A stretch of 52,238 bases of DNA, from IMG/VR virus record IMGVR_UViG_3300028025_003938, positions 1 through 52,238 of that record. One strand, written 5' to 3'. Shown one piece after another: positions 40,797 through 49,453 of the stretch. Source of the DNA: a virus (Duplodnaviria > Caudoviricetes). A program made the position numbers and the translations under genes. The notes under the pieces were generated by a model, which searched no databases, was not told where the DNA came from, and saw nothing but the letters and a program-made list of their open reading frames with translations. How positions within the stretch are numbered: the first letter of the stretch is position 1; every line of letters starts with the position of its first letter.

Positions 40797-42214
40797 GCAG
40801 ACTCACTTACGGTTCACTCTTTTCCGGCGTCGGCGGAATGGATCTTGGGTTTGACAAATACTTTGACTGCGTATTCCAAGTTGAATGGGATAAGCATTGT
40901 CAAAGCATCTTGCGTAAGCACTGGCCGTCGGTTCCGAAGTGGACCGACGTTCAAGAAGTTAACGGCGCAGAAGTTCCACCATGCGACGTACTCACTTTCG
41001 GTTCACCCTGCCAAGACTTATCAGTCGCAGGTAAGCGAGCCGGATTAGACGGTGGACGTTCATCAATGTTTTACGAAGCAACCAGAATAATTAAGGAGAT
41101 GCGTTATGCAACAAGAGAACGAGCAACTGGCCCTCTTCCAAGAGTCGTCGTATGGGAAAACGTTTGCGGTGCCCTCACTTCTAATGGTGGAGCCGACTTC
41201 GGGGAAGTCCTTGACACGCTGGCAGAATGCGGGGCGGTGGACATACAATGGTCCGTCCTCGATGCTCAGCACTTTGGAGTGCCCCAGCGACGACGGAGAG
41301 TATTCGTCATCGCTCAGTTCGATCCTGCAACCGCCGGCAGAAGTCCAGCCATGCTATTACCTGTCAAAGAAAGCAGCAGTCGGGATTCTAAGAAGGGCAA
41401 GCAACAGAAACAAAACGTTACCGCCGAAACTTCTAGCAGCGTTGAAGATTCTAGCGGAGACACCGTCGGAGCCCTGACTTGTTCAGACTTGATGAAGGGG
41501 CAGACAAGCAATCAAGCCGTTTCGCTTGGCTTACTTCAGGTAGAACAAACGCTATTCGCTGAAGGTAGTTTCGCTACGTATACGGAAGATCGTGTTTCTA
41601 TGATTCGTGCAGCCGGTGGAACTCAGGGTGGCGGTAGTGAGAACATAGTTCTTGAAGCGCCGTATCTGTTTGACGCTAAGCGTAACGAGAGCATCAGGAT
41701 ATCTGAGATATCGCAAACGCTTACTCAGAATATGGGTACCGGAGGAAACAATGTTCCGATGCTTGCTGAGCCGTTATCGTACGACGGCTATAACCAGAAA
41801 CTTGACGACTCAGGAATCCACCGGACTTTGCGTATCGGCAGAGATAGCAGCGACTTCATCGCACAAGAAACGTTCTTCATAGATCGTAGTGCTTTTAATC
41901 AAGGAACAAACGGAACGTATAACTCTACTGTTTCTAATACGCCGGTTACAAACACACTTCTCGCTAGCGGTCCTCACGCCGTCGGTCAACCAAACGAAAC
42001 GGAAATAGGTGTTGCTATCCGACGCCTTACCCCGATGGAATGCGAAAGACTTATGGGCTGGCCCGACGATCACACTAAATGGACAGCCGCCGGAAATAAG
42101 CAATCAGACTCTCATCGCTATAAGCAATGTGGAAATGGAGTCGTCGCACCGGTCGCAGCGTGGATCGCAAAACACATCAACAAACTTTTTCAAACAACAG
42201 GAGAAACAACATGA
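40793..42214 (+). CDS. DNA cytosine-5 methyltransferase with a long, possibly multispecific variable region
   Basis: FSGVGG (I), GSPCQD (IV), ENV (VI), QRRRR (VIII), RRLTP.ECERL (IX), YKQCGNGV (X). Confidence 0.93.
   Translation: MSRLTYGSLFSGVGGMDLGFDKYFDCVFQVEWDKHCQSILRKHWPSVPKWTDVQEVNGAEVPPCDVLTFGSPCQDLSVAGKRAGLDGGRSSMFYEATRIIKEMRYATRERATGPLPRVVVWENVCGALTSNGGADFGEVLDTLAECGAVDIQWSVLDAQHFGVPQRRRRVFVIAQFDPATAGRSPAMLLPVKESSSRDSKKGKQQKQNVTAETSSSVEDSSGDTVGALTCSDLMKGQTSNQAVSLGLLQVEQTLFAEGSFATYTEDRVSMIRAAGGTQGGGSENIVLEAPYLFDAKRNESIRISEISQTLTQNMGTGGNNVPMLAEPLSYDGYNQKLDDSGIHRTLRIGRDSSDFIAQETFFIDRSAFNQGTNGTYNSTVSNTPVTNTLLASGPHAVGQPNETEIGVAIRRLTPMECERLMGWPDDHTKWTAAGNKQSDSHRYKQCGNGVVAPVAAWIAKHINKLFQTTGETT
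41106..41477 (+). CDS. Nested alternative-frame ORF inside the C5 MTase (candidate beta subunit)
   Basis: AAGGAG RBS 7 nt upstream; SLSSILQ..YYLSKKAAVGILRRA..LP..L..AL. Confidence 0.55.
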   Translation: MQQENEQLALFQESSYGKTFAVPSLLMVEPTSGKSLTRWQNAGRWTYNGPSSMLSTLECPSDDGEYSSSLSSILQPPAEVQPCYYLSKKAAVGILRRASNRNKTLPPKLLAALKILAETPSEP

Positions 42215-42435
42215 ATGAAACATGGCAAATACAAACCACACCAATGCTCAGGCTTCAGTTAAAACTTGAAACGCCGGGTCACGATACAACGAGAGTTAAA
42301 GCCTTGGTGCTCGCTATCTGTTACAAAGACGATCGGCTGCATTACTTAACGATTAACGGCGCAGACATTACGCCGAACAGCAAAATGTTTATGTACGCCG
42401 AAGCGTTTATCAACAACGAATGGATAGCGCAATGA
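42211..42435 (+). CDS. Hypothetical protein (island D)
   Basis: CAAACAACAGGAGAAACAAC-ATG. Confidence 0.7.
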   Translation: MNETWQIQTTPMLRLQLKLETPGHDTTRVKALVLAICYKDDRLHYLTINGADITPNSKMFMYAEAFINNEWIAQ

Positions 42436-42662
42436 ACTTAACCAAAGACGAACTCGTCAACGAAATTATTGCGATCATGAGATTAGACGGCGAAGACTTT
42501 ACAGACGGCGAATGTCTTGATCTCATCGATGAATTACTTAGGGAAGAAGGATACTCAGCGTTTGAGGCTGTTCAAGTTATCCCCGAAGAAAACATCATAG
42601 AGAAGCGACCTGACGGTACGTTCTTGTACATAGAACACTACGGAGACAAAGACAATGAGTGA
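42432..42662 (+). CDS. Acidic hypothetical protein (island D)
   Basis: ATGA coupling; TDGECLD. Confidence 0.7.
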   Translation: MNLTKDELVNEIIAIMRLDGEDFTDGECLDLIDELLREEGYSAFEAVQVIPEENIIEKRPDGTFLYIEHYGDKDNE

Positions 42663-43152
42663 CATGACTTTGTTTGATCAACTCGTAGAGATTACAGAAC
42701 CGATTACGCCGTACGCAAACACTTCAGGCTGGTCCGGTTCAACGACGAGCCGTGAACGAGCAGAGCGCCAAGACACCGACGGTACAACATCTAAACGTCA
42801 ACAAGCCGTTCTAGATGCTCTTGATCGGCGCTGGCGTCACGGCGCAACATGGAACGAACTCGGAGAAGAATTAAACCTGCATCACGGTGCTATATCCGGT
42901 GTGCTTTCAACGCTGCACAAGCAAGGAATTATCTGTCGTCTTACCGAACGCCGGTCACGAAGTCAGGTTTATATTCTTCCGAAGTATGTCAATCAGCGTA
43001 AGACTGAAGCGTACAAACCAAATGTCAGCGCCCGGTTGCTAAACGAAATACTTAAAGAATTAGATGCTGATCTTGCGAGAGGTTCACTATCGCTTGCTCG
43101 TGAGCGTATCGCTATCACTCTTCATTACTTATCCACAGGAGAACAATCATGA
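42655..43152 (+). CDS. Winged-helix DNA-binding protein
   Basis: GATWNELGEELNLHHGAISGVLSTLHKQGII. Confidence 0.78.
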   Translation: MSDMTLFDQLVEITEPITPYANTSGWSGSTTSRERAERQDTDGTTSKRQQAVLDALDRRWRHGATWNELGEELNLHHGAISGVLSTLHKQGIICRLTERRSRSQVYILPKYVNQRKTEAYKPNVSARLLNEILKELDADLARGSLSLARERIAITLHYLSTGEQS

Positions 43153-43391
43153 AAGACCTTAAAGAATTAATTGCTTATCCGGAGACGTTGCTTGTCATGC
43201 TTGAACAAGCACAAGCAAGAATCAAAACGCTTGAGACGTCGTTAATGACTTGGCGTAAGATCGCCGACGATCTCGTATACGTAGAACACGACGACTACGA
43301 CCACTACCACCGGAATCCGATAAGCCCTTGCGCTCGTTGCGTCGTGCATAAGACTTACCACGAACAGGTTAGTTACGAGGAAAACCCGTGA
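43149..43391 (+). CDS. Hypothetical protein (island D)
   Basis: CAGGAGA RBS; coiled coil plus H/C cluster. Confidence 0.7.
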   Translation: MKDLKELIAYPETLLVMLEQAQARIKTLETSLMTWRKIADDLVYVEHDDYDHYHRNPISPCARCVVHKTYHEQVSYEENP

Positions 43392-43585
43392 GGTTCTTGT
43401 TTCCTGAATCGTATTGCTGTGATACGCCTCGGCCAGAAGGTTTTAGTTATTTCAGTTTCGTTACTGTCTGCGATAAATGCTTAACGCAATTCCCTTACTA
43501 TGACTGTTACTGCGAACTAAGACACACCGACTGCAACGAAACAACACGACAAGCAAACATTGAATACAGAGAACTCAACCGATGA
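43388..43585 (+). CDS. Small Cys-rich protein
   Basis: GTGA coupling; CC..CDKC..CYC..H.DC. Confidence 0.65.
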   Translation: MRFLFPESYCCDTPRPEGFSYFSFVTVCDKCLTQFPYYDCYCELRHTDCNETTRQANIEYRELNR

Positions 43586-44469
43586 GCGAAGCAACTTTGC
43601 TAATTGGAGATGTTCGTTCTCGTCTCGTCGATATCGCCGACCAAACAATTCAATGCTGCGTAACCTCACCGCCTTATTGGGGGCTGAGAGATTACGGCAA
43701 AGCAGATCAGATCGGTTTAGAAACAACCTGCTCAGAGTACGTCGCTGAAATAGTCGCAGTCTTTCGGGAAGTCAAAAGAGTTCTCTCCGACACCGGAGTG
43801 CTTTGGTTAAACCTCGGAGACAGTTACGGCAAAGACAAAAACATTCTCGGCGTACCTTGGAGAGTTGCTTTCGCTTTACAAGACGACGGCTGGATTCTCC
43901 GGCAAGACATTGTCTGGGCTAAACCGAATCCGATGCCAGAGTCGGTAAACGATAGATGCACAAGATCGCACGAGTATCTGTTCATGCTTACCAAGTCTCG
44001 TAAGTATTACTTCAACGACAAAGCGATAGCCGAAGAAGCAAAAACAAAACCCGGTGCGACATGGCAAGAACGCAAAGCAGCCGGAGCCACAGCAGGCAAC
44101 GTCATCGTCGGGCACGAGACACGCAACGGCACACAACGAGTTGTTCACGGCAAAGGCGTTACAAGCAACCTCACAAGACAAGACGGCCTACGAAACAAGC
44201 GCAGCGTCTGGACGATCAACACCAAACCATTCCGAGGCGCTCACTTCGCTGTAATGCCTGAAGCACTCGTTGAACCTTGCGTACTCGCCTCAACGAAAGA
44301 GAACGATCTCGTACTAGACCCGTTCACCGGATCGGGAACAGTCGGCGTTGTCGCACTACGACACAACAGAAACTTCGTCGGAATAGAACTCAACGAAGAC
44401 TACGTACAAATAGCCCGTCAAAGAATCAGCGCCACGCAATCGCAGTTAAACGAAAGCAACAACGGCTAA
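43582..44469 (+). CDS. DNA N4-cytosine/N6-adenine methyltransferase (beta class)
   Basis: TSPPYW ... HFA.MP ... DPFTGSGT..GIELN. Confidence 0.93.
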   Translation: MSEATLLIGDVRSRLVDIADQTIQCCVTSPPYWGLRDYGKADQIGLETTCSEYVAEIVAVFREVKRVLSDTGVLWLNLGDSYGKDKNILGVPWRVAFALQDDGWILRQDIVWAKPNPMPESVNDRCTRSHEYLFMLTKSRKYYFNDKAIAEEAKTKPGATWQERKAAGATAGNVIVGHETRNGTQRVVHGKGVTSNLTRQDGLRNKRSVWTINTKPFRGAHFAVMPEALVEPCVLASTKENDLVLDPFTGSGTVGVVALRHNRNFVGIELNEDYVQIARQRISATQSQLNESNNG

Positions 44470-44496
44470 CGGCATCAGACTGCTACAGTTAAAGAG

Positions 44497-44709
44497 ATGA
44501 ACACGCAACACTATTGGCAAGTCACTCGCTCAACAGCCAAGTCCTCGGCATGGCTCGCAGTACACAAAACAAGCGACGAGACACCCACAGAAGCGTTCGC
44601 CTTCACAACACTCGCCGCAGCCCGTCACCACATCGGTGCGCTACGAAACAAACGAATCCGATTAAACAAGATCCACGATCGGAAATACGACTACACCTAC
44701 ACCGTATAA
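44497..44709 (+). CDS. Hypothetical protein, leaderless
   Basis: TGcTACAGT-N7-ATG. Confidence 0.6.
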   Translation: MNTQHYWQVTRSTAKSSAWLAVHKTSDETPTEAFAFTTLAAARHHIGALRNKRIRLNKIHDRKYDYTYTV

Positions 44710-44713
44710 GTCT

Positions 44714-44995
44714 TCAAGGCTTATTAAAAAGAACCGGGTCCAACGGGTGAACAACACCCGAACGCCGAGCCTTCTTCACCGAAAAACGCTGACGCTCAGT
44801 CAAGCCACCCCACACACCCCAATGCTGATGCGTATCAAAAGCATACTCAGCACAGTCCACACGCACAGGACACAACTCACAAATAGCAATAGCCTGCAAC
44901 GGACGATTCCCCGCAACCGGAAAAAACATATTCAAGTCCGAACCACGACACAAAGCAGACTCAACCCACACACCAGCAGGCTCACACTTAAACAT
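44714..44995 (-). CDS. whiB: WhiB-family Fe-S transcription factor
   Basis: W...ALC..FFP..A.AIC..CPV..DC..GVWGGLTERQR; start uncertain (44995 or upstream). Confidence 0.92.
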   Translation of the reverse strand: MFKCEPAGVWVESALCRGSDLNMFFPVAGNRPLQAIAICELCPVRVDCAEYAFDTHQHWGVWGGLTERQRFSVKKARRSGVVHPLDPVLFNKP

Positions 44996-45111
44996 CAAAC
45001 TAACGTCGTCGTCACGCACCCACAGAAGTCTATAACAACACCACACAACAATAGGCGACACCTGCTAACCTCAAAACAGGAAACACGCCAAGAAACGTAT
45101 GGAGAGAAACA

Positions 45112-45624
45112 ATGGTCCCGGCGAATACTGAAGCAGCAACCAAACAGATAACGGCTTTACAGATGCGTAACCTCGGTTACTCGTACGACGCAATCGCTGA
45201 TCGGTTGAAATACGCTAATCGTTCCGGTGCTTGGAAAGCCGTTCAAGCAGCGTTGAATCGGGCGGTGCGTGAACCTGCTCGGGAGCAGCGGATTATTCAG
45301 GCTGAGCGTCTTGACATTCTTGTGAACAAATGTATGGCGGCTGTGTTGACCGGAGACTTAGATCAGGTTCGGAATGTTCTGCTGATTGAGAAGCGTCGTG
45401 CTGATCTGTTCGGGCTTGATGCCAAGGTTGGCGTGGAGATCACCGGACCCGATGGCGGCGCAGTCCAAACCGACGTTGGTCAGTTGCTTATGGAACGTCT
45501 TGCGTCGCTGGCTACCGTGAATCGACCCGAGTTAATTGAAGCCGAAGTTACCAGCGAAGCCGAACGGCTCGGGCTGATAGACGATCCGGCTTTAGCGTTA
45601 CAGGAAAAGATAATGGGGCAGTGA
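45112..45624 (+). CDS. terS: Terminase small subunit (HTH)
   Basis: ALQMR..GYSYDAIA..L.Y; RRA.L.GLD; EITGPDGG; directly upstream of terL. Confidence 0.8.
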   Translation: MVPANTEAATKQITALQMRNLGYSYDAIADRLKYANRSGAWKAVQAALNRAVREPAREQRIIQAERLDILVNKCMAAVLTGDLDQVRNVLLIEKRRADLFGLDAKVGVEITGPDGGAVQTDVGQLLMERLASLATVNRPELIEAEVTSEAERLGLIDDPALALQEKIMGQ

Positions 45625-45748
45625 TCTCAGCCGGTGACCGATCACGGCCAGTTCAGTCTCAGGCAGCGTTAAAACCGCCCCAGACCGCCCCGAAGACCCA
45701 AAGCGACGAAATACCCGCCCAAACCAATCTTGGAGATCCAGCGAGAAT

Positions 45749-47092
45749 ATGAACGTTCCCGATGAACGCAGTCTTGCCGAGCAACTGGCTGACCTCACAC
45801 CAGAGGCGCTTAAAACGCTCATAGGCGATCTCACGCCGAACCAGCAACGGGAAATGCTTTACGACTGGTCGGTGTGGCGTAGGCGCAAACAAACAACCCC
45901 TGAAGGCAACTGGCGAGTCTGGCTGATCCTCGCCGGGCGTGGATTCGGAAAGACCCGAACGGGAGCCGAGTTCATTCGGGAGCAGGTCGTCGCCGGGCGA
46001 GCCCGTCATATCGCTCTCGTCGGCGCAACCGCCGCTGACGCCCGAGACACGATGATTGAAGGCGAATCCGGTTTGCTCAGAGTCTTCCCGCCCGATCAGC
46101 GCCCGAGATACGAGCCGTCAAAACGACGTATCACTTTCTTCAACGGAGCCAGCGCAAGCACCTACTCAGCAGACGAGCCCGACAGACTACGAGGACCGAA
46201 CCACGAATTGGCTTGGGCTGACGAGTTAGCAGCGTGGAGATACTCAGATGCTTGGGACCAGTTAATGCTCGGACTTAGAATCGGAGACCACCCGAGAGTA
46301 GTAGTAACAACCACGCCTCGCCCGGTAGACGTCGTCAGAAAACTGATTAGCACCACCGACGGAAGCGTGGTGATTACACGAGGTTCAACCTACGAGAACA
46401 CAGCGAACCTAGCGCCGGCGTTCATTGAAGAAATGCGTCGGCGTTACGAAGGCACGACGCTAGGACGACAGGAACTACACGCCGAAGTCTTAGACGATCT
46501 TGAAGGTTCGCTATGGCAGAGAACCGATATTGATAAAGCCCGAGCGATCAAGACACCACCGATGAAGAGAATCGTCGTGGCTATTGACCCGGCAACAACC
46601 AGCAGAACTACCAGCAACGAAACCGGAATCATCGTCGCTGGCTTAGGCGCAGACGATCGGGGATATATCCTTGAAGACGTTTCATTACGAGGCTCACCCG
46701 ATGAATGGGGAAGAGCAGCGGTCACGGCTTACCATCGGCACAACGCTGATCGGATCGTCGCTGAATCAAACCAAGGCGGCGACATGGTCAGACATACTTT
46801 GTTTACCGTTGACCGGAATGTTCCGGTAAAACTCGTTCACGCCAGCCGAGGCAAACGAACCAGAGCCGAACCTATCGCAGCGCTTTACGAACAGGGAAGA
46901 GTCAGTCACGCCGGCTCGCTAACAATTCTTGAAGATCAGTTGTGCGGTTGGGTACCAGACTTATCGGATTCACCGGACCGCTTAGACGCTCTCGTATGGG
47001 CGTTAACAGATCTCATGATTGACGGCGGTAAGAGTGCTCCGGTCGTATCACCAATATCGTTAACGCAAGTATCCCAATGGAGAGTTTCATGA
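45749..47092 (+). CDS. terL: Terminase large subunit
   Basis: Walker A LAGRGFGKT, Walker B AWADE, VTTTP; nuclease AIDPA..ESNQGG..SPDRLDA. Confidence 0.96.
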   Translation: MNVPDERSLAEQLADLTPEALKTLIGDLTPNQQREMLYDWSVWRRRKQTTPEGNWRVWLILAGRGFGKTRTGAEFIREQVVAGRARHIALVGATAADARDTMIEGESGLLRVFPPDQRPRYEPSKRRITFFNGASASTYSADEPDRLRGPNHELAWADELAAWRYSDAWDQLMLGLRIGDHPRVVVTTTPRPVDVVRKLISTTDGSVVITRGSTYENTANLAPAFIEEMRRRYEGTTLGRQELHAEVLDDLEGSLWQRTDIDKARAIKTPPMKRIVVAIDPATTSRTTSNETGIIVAGLGADDRGYILEDVSLRGSPDEWGRAAVTAYHRHNADRIVAESNQGGDMVRHTLFTVDRNVPVKLVHASRGKRTRAEPIAALYEQGRVSHAGSLTILEDQLCGWVPDLSDSPDRLDALVWALTDLMIDGGKSAPVVSPISLTQVSQWRVS

Positions 47093-47868
47093 TCACAGCA
47101 CCAGCCCGACTACTCACACAGAACAGCGAACTCAAACGAGTCGGCGTTTGGAACTGGACTATCCCCGCTCACGTCGTTACGCTCACCACCGGAGAACGAT
47201 TCAACTGTTGCCCGAACGCTGGCTCGTGTGGTCGTGTTTGTTACGCCAAGTTCGGAACGTACAACTTCAGCAACGTCAAAGCCCGACACATTCAAAACCT
47301 TGAATACTTATTGTACGACGGCGACCAATGGGAAGCACAGATGCTTACTGAAGTACGACACAAACGAATGCGATATACAGGTAAACCACACGACCTACCA
47401 TACGATCCTAAAGATGCTTGGCTTAAAGGTTGGGTTCAATCCGGTGGCAAGGCGGTGCGTATCCACGACGCAGGAGACTTCTACTCAAACGAGTACCTAG
47501 ACAGATGGACGAGCATCGCCCGCAAAGTACCTCAAGTTTTGTTCTATGCGTACACAAAAGAAGTCGCAATGATTCTTGAACGTAAAGACATTCCGATCAA
47601 TATGAGAATCGTTTTCTCGTACGGCGGTAAACAAGACCACCTAATTAATAGAGAGCAACACAGGCACGCCGACGTCTTCCCAACGGTTCAAGCATTAGAA
47701 GAAGTCGGATATTGGAATCAAGAAGAGAACGACCTGCTGGCCGTCGTAGCCCCGACAAACAAGATCGGCATCGTTGCCAATAATCTTCCAGTAGCGATAA
47801 AGCGTTTTGATGGGCGTTCAATGAGTATGCTAAGAGCACTACCCTCAACTACGGAGACAGAAACATGA
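47089..47868 (+). CDS. Gp88-like (radical-SAM-related) protein
   Basis: CPNAGSCGRVCYA, RIHDAGDFYS..Y...W..IA, FYAYTK; ATGA overlap with terL. Confidence 0.8.
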   Translation: MITAPARLLTQNSELKRVGVWNWTIPAHVVTLTTGERFNCCPNAGSCGRVCYAKFGTYNFSNVKARHIQNLEYLLYDGDQWEAQMLTEVRHKRMRYTGKPHDLPYDPKDAWLKGWVQSGGKAVRIHDAGDFYSNEYLDRWTSIARKVPQVLFYAYTKEVAMILERKDIPINMRIVFSYGGKQDHLINREQHRHADVFPTVQALEEVGYWNQEENDLLAVVAPTNKIGIVANNLPVAIKRFDGRSMSMLRALPSTTETET

Positions 47869-48371
47869 TCAGAGAAGAACTAGCAGCGTACGCCGAAGAC
47901 ATTAAAACTTTCGTTACGCACCCGAAGAACGTTCGTGAAGGCAACGTCACAGCGATCATGGATTCGCTAACGGCTCACGGACAGTACCGCCCGATCGTTG
48001 TTCAGCGTTCAACAAAACATGTTCTCGCTGGCAACCACACTCTTGAAGCCGCTCGTCTTCTCGGCTGGTCCAAGATCGCCGTTACTTACATTGACTGTGA
48101 CGACGATCAAGGTTTACGCATCTTGCTCGCCGACAACCGGACTAACGACCTCGCCTCATACAACGACGACAAGTTATCGGAACTGTTGAAGATCCTTAAA
48201 GAAACGCCGACCGGGTTTGAAGGAACGTTGTTCGACGACGCAGCACTCACAAACCTTTTGCGTAAGACCGAGCCGGTGATCCGGCAAGACAGCACGCACG
48301 AAGTAAACCACGAGGCTTGGGACATGGCTCACAAGTGCCCGAAGTGCGGCTTTGAATACGACGATGAATAA
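47865..48371 (+). CDS. ParB/Srx-like domain protein with a C-terminal Zn ribbon
   Basis: HPKNVR.G..SL..HGQYRPIVV..LAGNHT..AA..LG..LADNR; CPKCGFEY. Confidence 0.88.
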   Translation: MIREELAAYAEDIKTFVTHPKNVREGNVTAIMDSLTAHGQYRPIVVQRSTKHVLAGNHTLEAARLLGWSKIAVTYIDCDDDQGLRILLADNRTNDLASYNDDKLSELLKILKETPTGFEGTLFDDAALTNLLRKTEPVIRQDSTHEVNHEAWDMAHKCPKCGFEYDDE

Positions 48372-49419
48372 ACAGAACCCTCACCAATGGTTCTTGAGTG
48401 ACCTTGACTCAATGCCGAAGAACGGCTTGAAAGTATTTTCAACGTTCTCTTGTGGCGGCGGTTCTTCAATGGGATACAAACGAGCAGGCTACACAGTCGT
48501 CGGTGCGAACGATATAGATCCGGTAATGCAGCAACACTATGAAGCGAACCTGCACCCGCCGTTGTATATCCTTGCGCCGATTAAAGACCTGCTCACGATG
48601 GACTTACCACCGGAATTGTTTGACCTAGATGTTTTAGACGGCTCGCCGCCGTGCTCTACGTTTTCTATGTCAGGTCATCGAGAAAAAGACTGGGGGAAAA
48701 AGAAGTTTTTCAGAGAGGGTCAAGCCGCTCAAGTGTTAGATGACTTGTTTTTTGATTATCTTGACGTTGTAGAACGGCTCAAACCTAAAGTCGTTATCGC
48801 AGAAAACGTTAAGGGCATGATCTTTAGTTCAGCCAAAGGCTATGTCAGGCTTATTATGGAACGACTCAAAGAGATCGGTTACACAGCGCAGATCTTTCTT
48901 GTTAACGCTGCGTACTGCGGAGTGCCTCAAGCACGAGAACGCATATTTATTATCGGTTACCGGAACGATCTTAATTTGCAACCGCTTACCTTAAAGCCAA
49001 ACGATAAGCCGTTAACACTTAAAGAAAGTCTTGAAGGAATTAAGTACGACGCCTCGCATATGCCAGCACTTACCAAAATGAGACAGGAACTTTGGTTCAA
49101 CACGCAACCCGGTGCGAACTTCACAGCAGCCAGAAGGAAAATGGCAAACATCGACGGCTGGTTTAATCACGTTCGTCTGAACGTTAATAAGCCGTCAGCA
49201 ACGATGCCTGCGTGCAGTATGCTTTACCATTGGACCGAGCCGAGAATGCTTTGCAAAGAAGAGATGATCGCAATCAGTTCTTTCCCGTCGGACTACCATT
49301 TCAATTCATTAAAAATGGCTGAGTACCTGATGGGTATGAGCGTCCCACCGAAGATGATGGAGTTCGTCGCTAAGAACGTCGCAGAACAATGGTTACAACC
49401 AAACCAAACCTCAATGTGA
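48364..49419 (+). CDS. DNA cytosine-5 methyltransferase
   Basis: FSCGGG, GSPPCS, ENV, QARER, SFP.DY, GMSVPP. Confidence 0.93.
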   Translation: MNKQNPHQWFLSDLDSMPKNGLKVFSTFSCGGGSSMGYKRAGYTVVGANDIDPVMQQHYEANLHPPLYILAPIKDLLTMDLPPELFDLDVLDGSPPCSTFSMSGHREKDWGKKKFFREGQAAQVLDDLFFDYLDVVERLKPKVVIAENVKGMIFSSAKGYVRLIMERLKEIGYTAQIFLVNAAYCGVPQARERIFIIGYRNDLNLQPLTLKPNDKPLTLKESLEGIKYDASHMPALTKMRQELWFNTQPGANFTAARRKMANIDGWFNHVRLNVNKPSATMPACSMLYHWTEPRMLCKEEMIAISSFPSDYHFNSLKMAEYLMGMSVPPKMMEFVAKNVAEQWLQPNQTSM

Positions 49420-49453
49420 TACCACCAACGAAACAACGATTAAGGCGACTACT

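Noticed and set aside
44747-45151. 134 aa His/Thr/Gln-rich plus-strand ORF
   Set aside because: Antisense shadow of whiB in an A/C-skewed region
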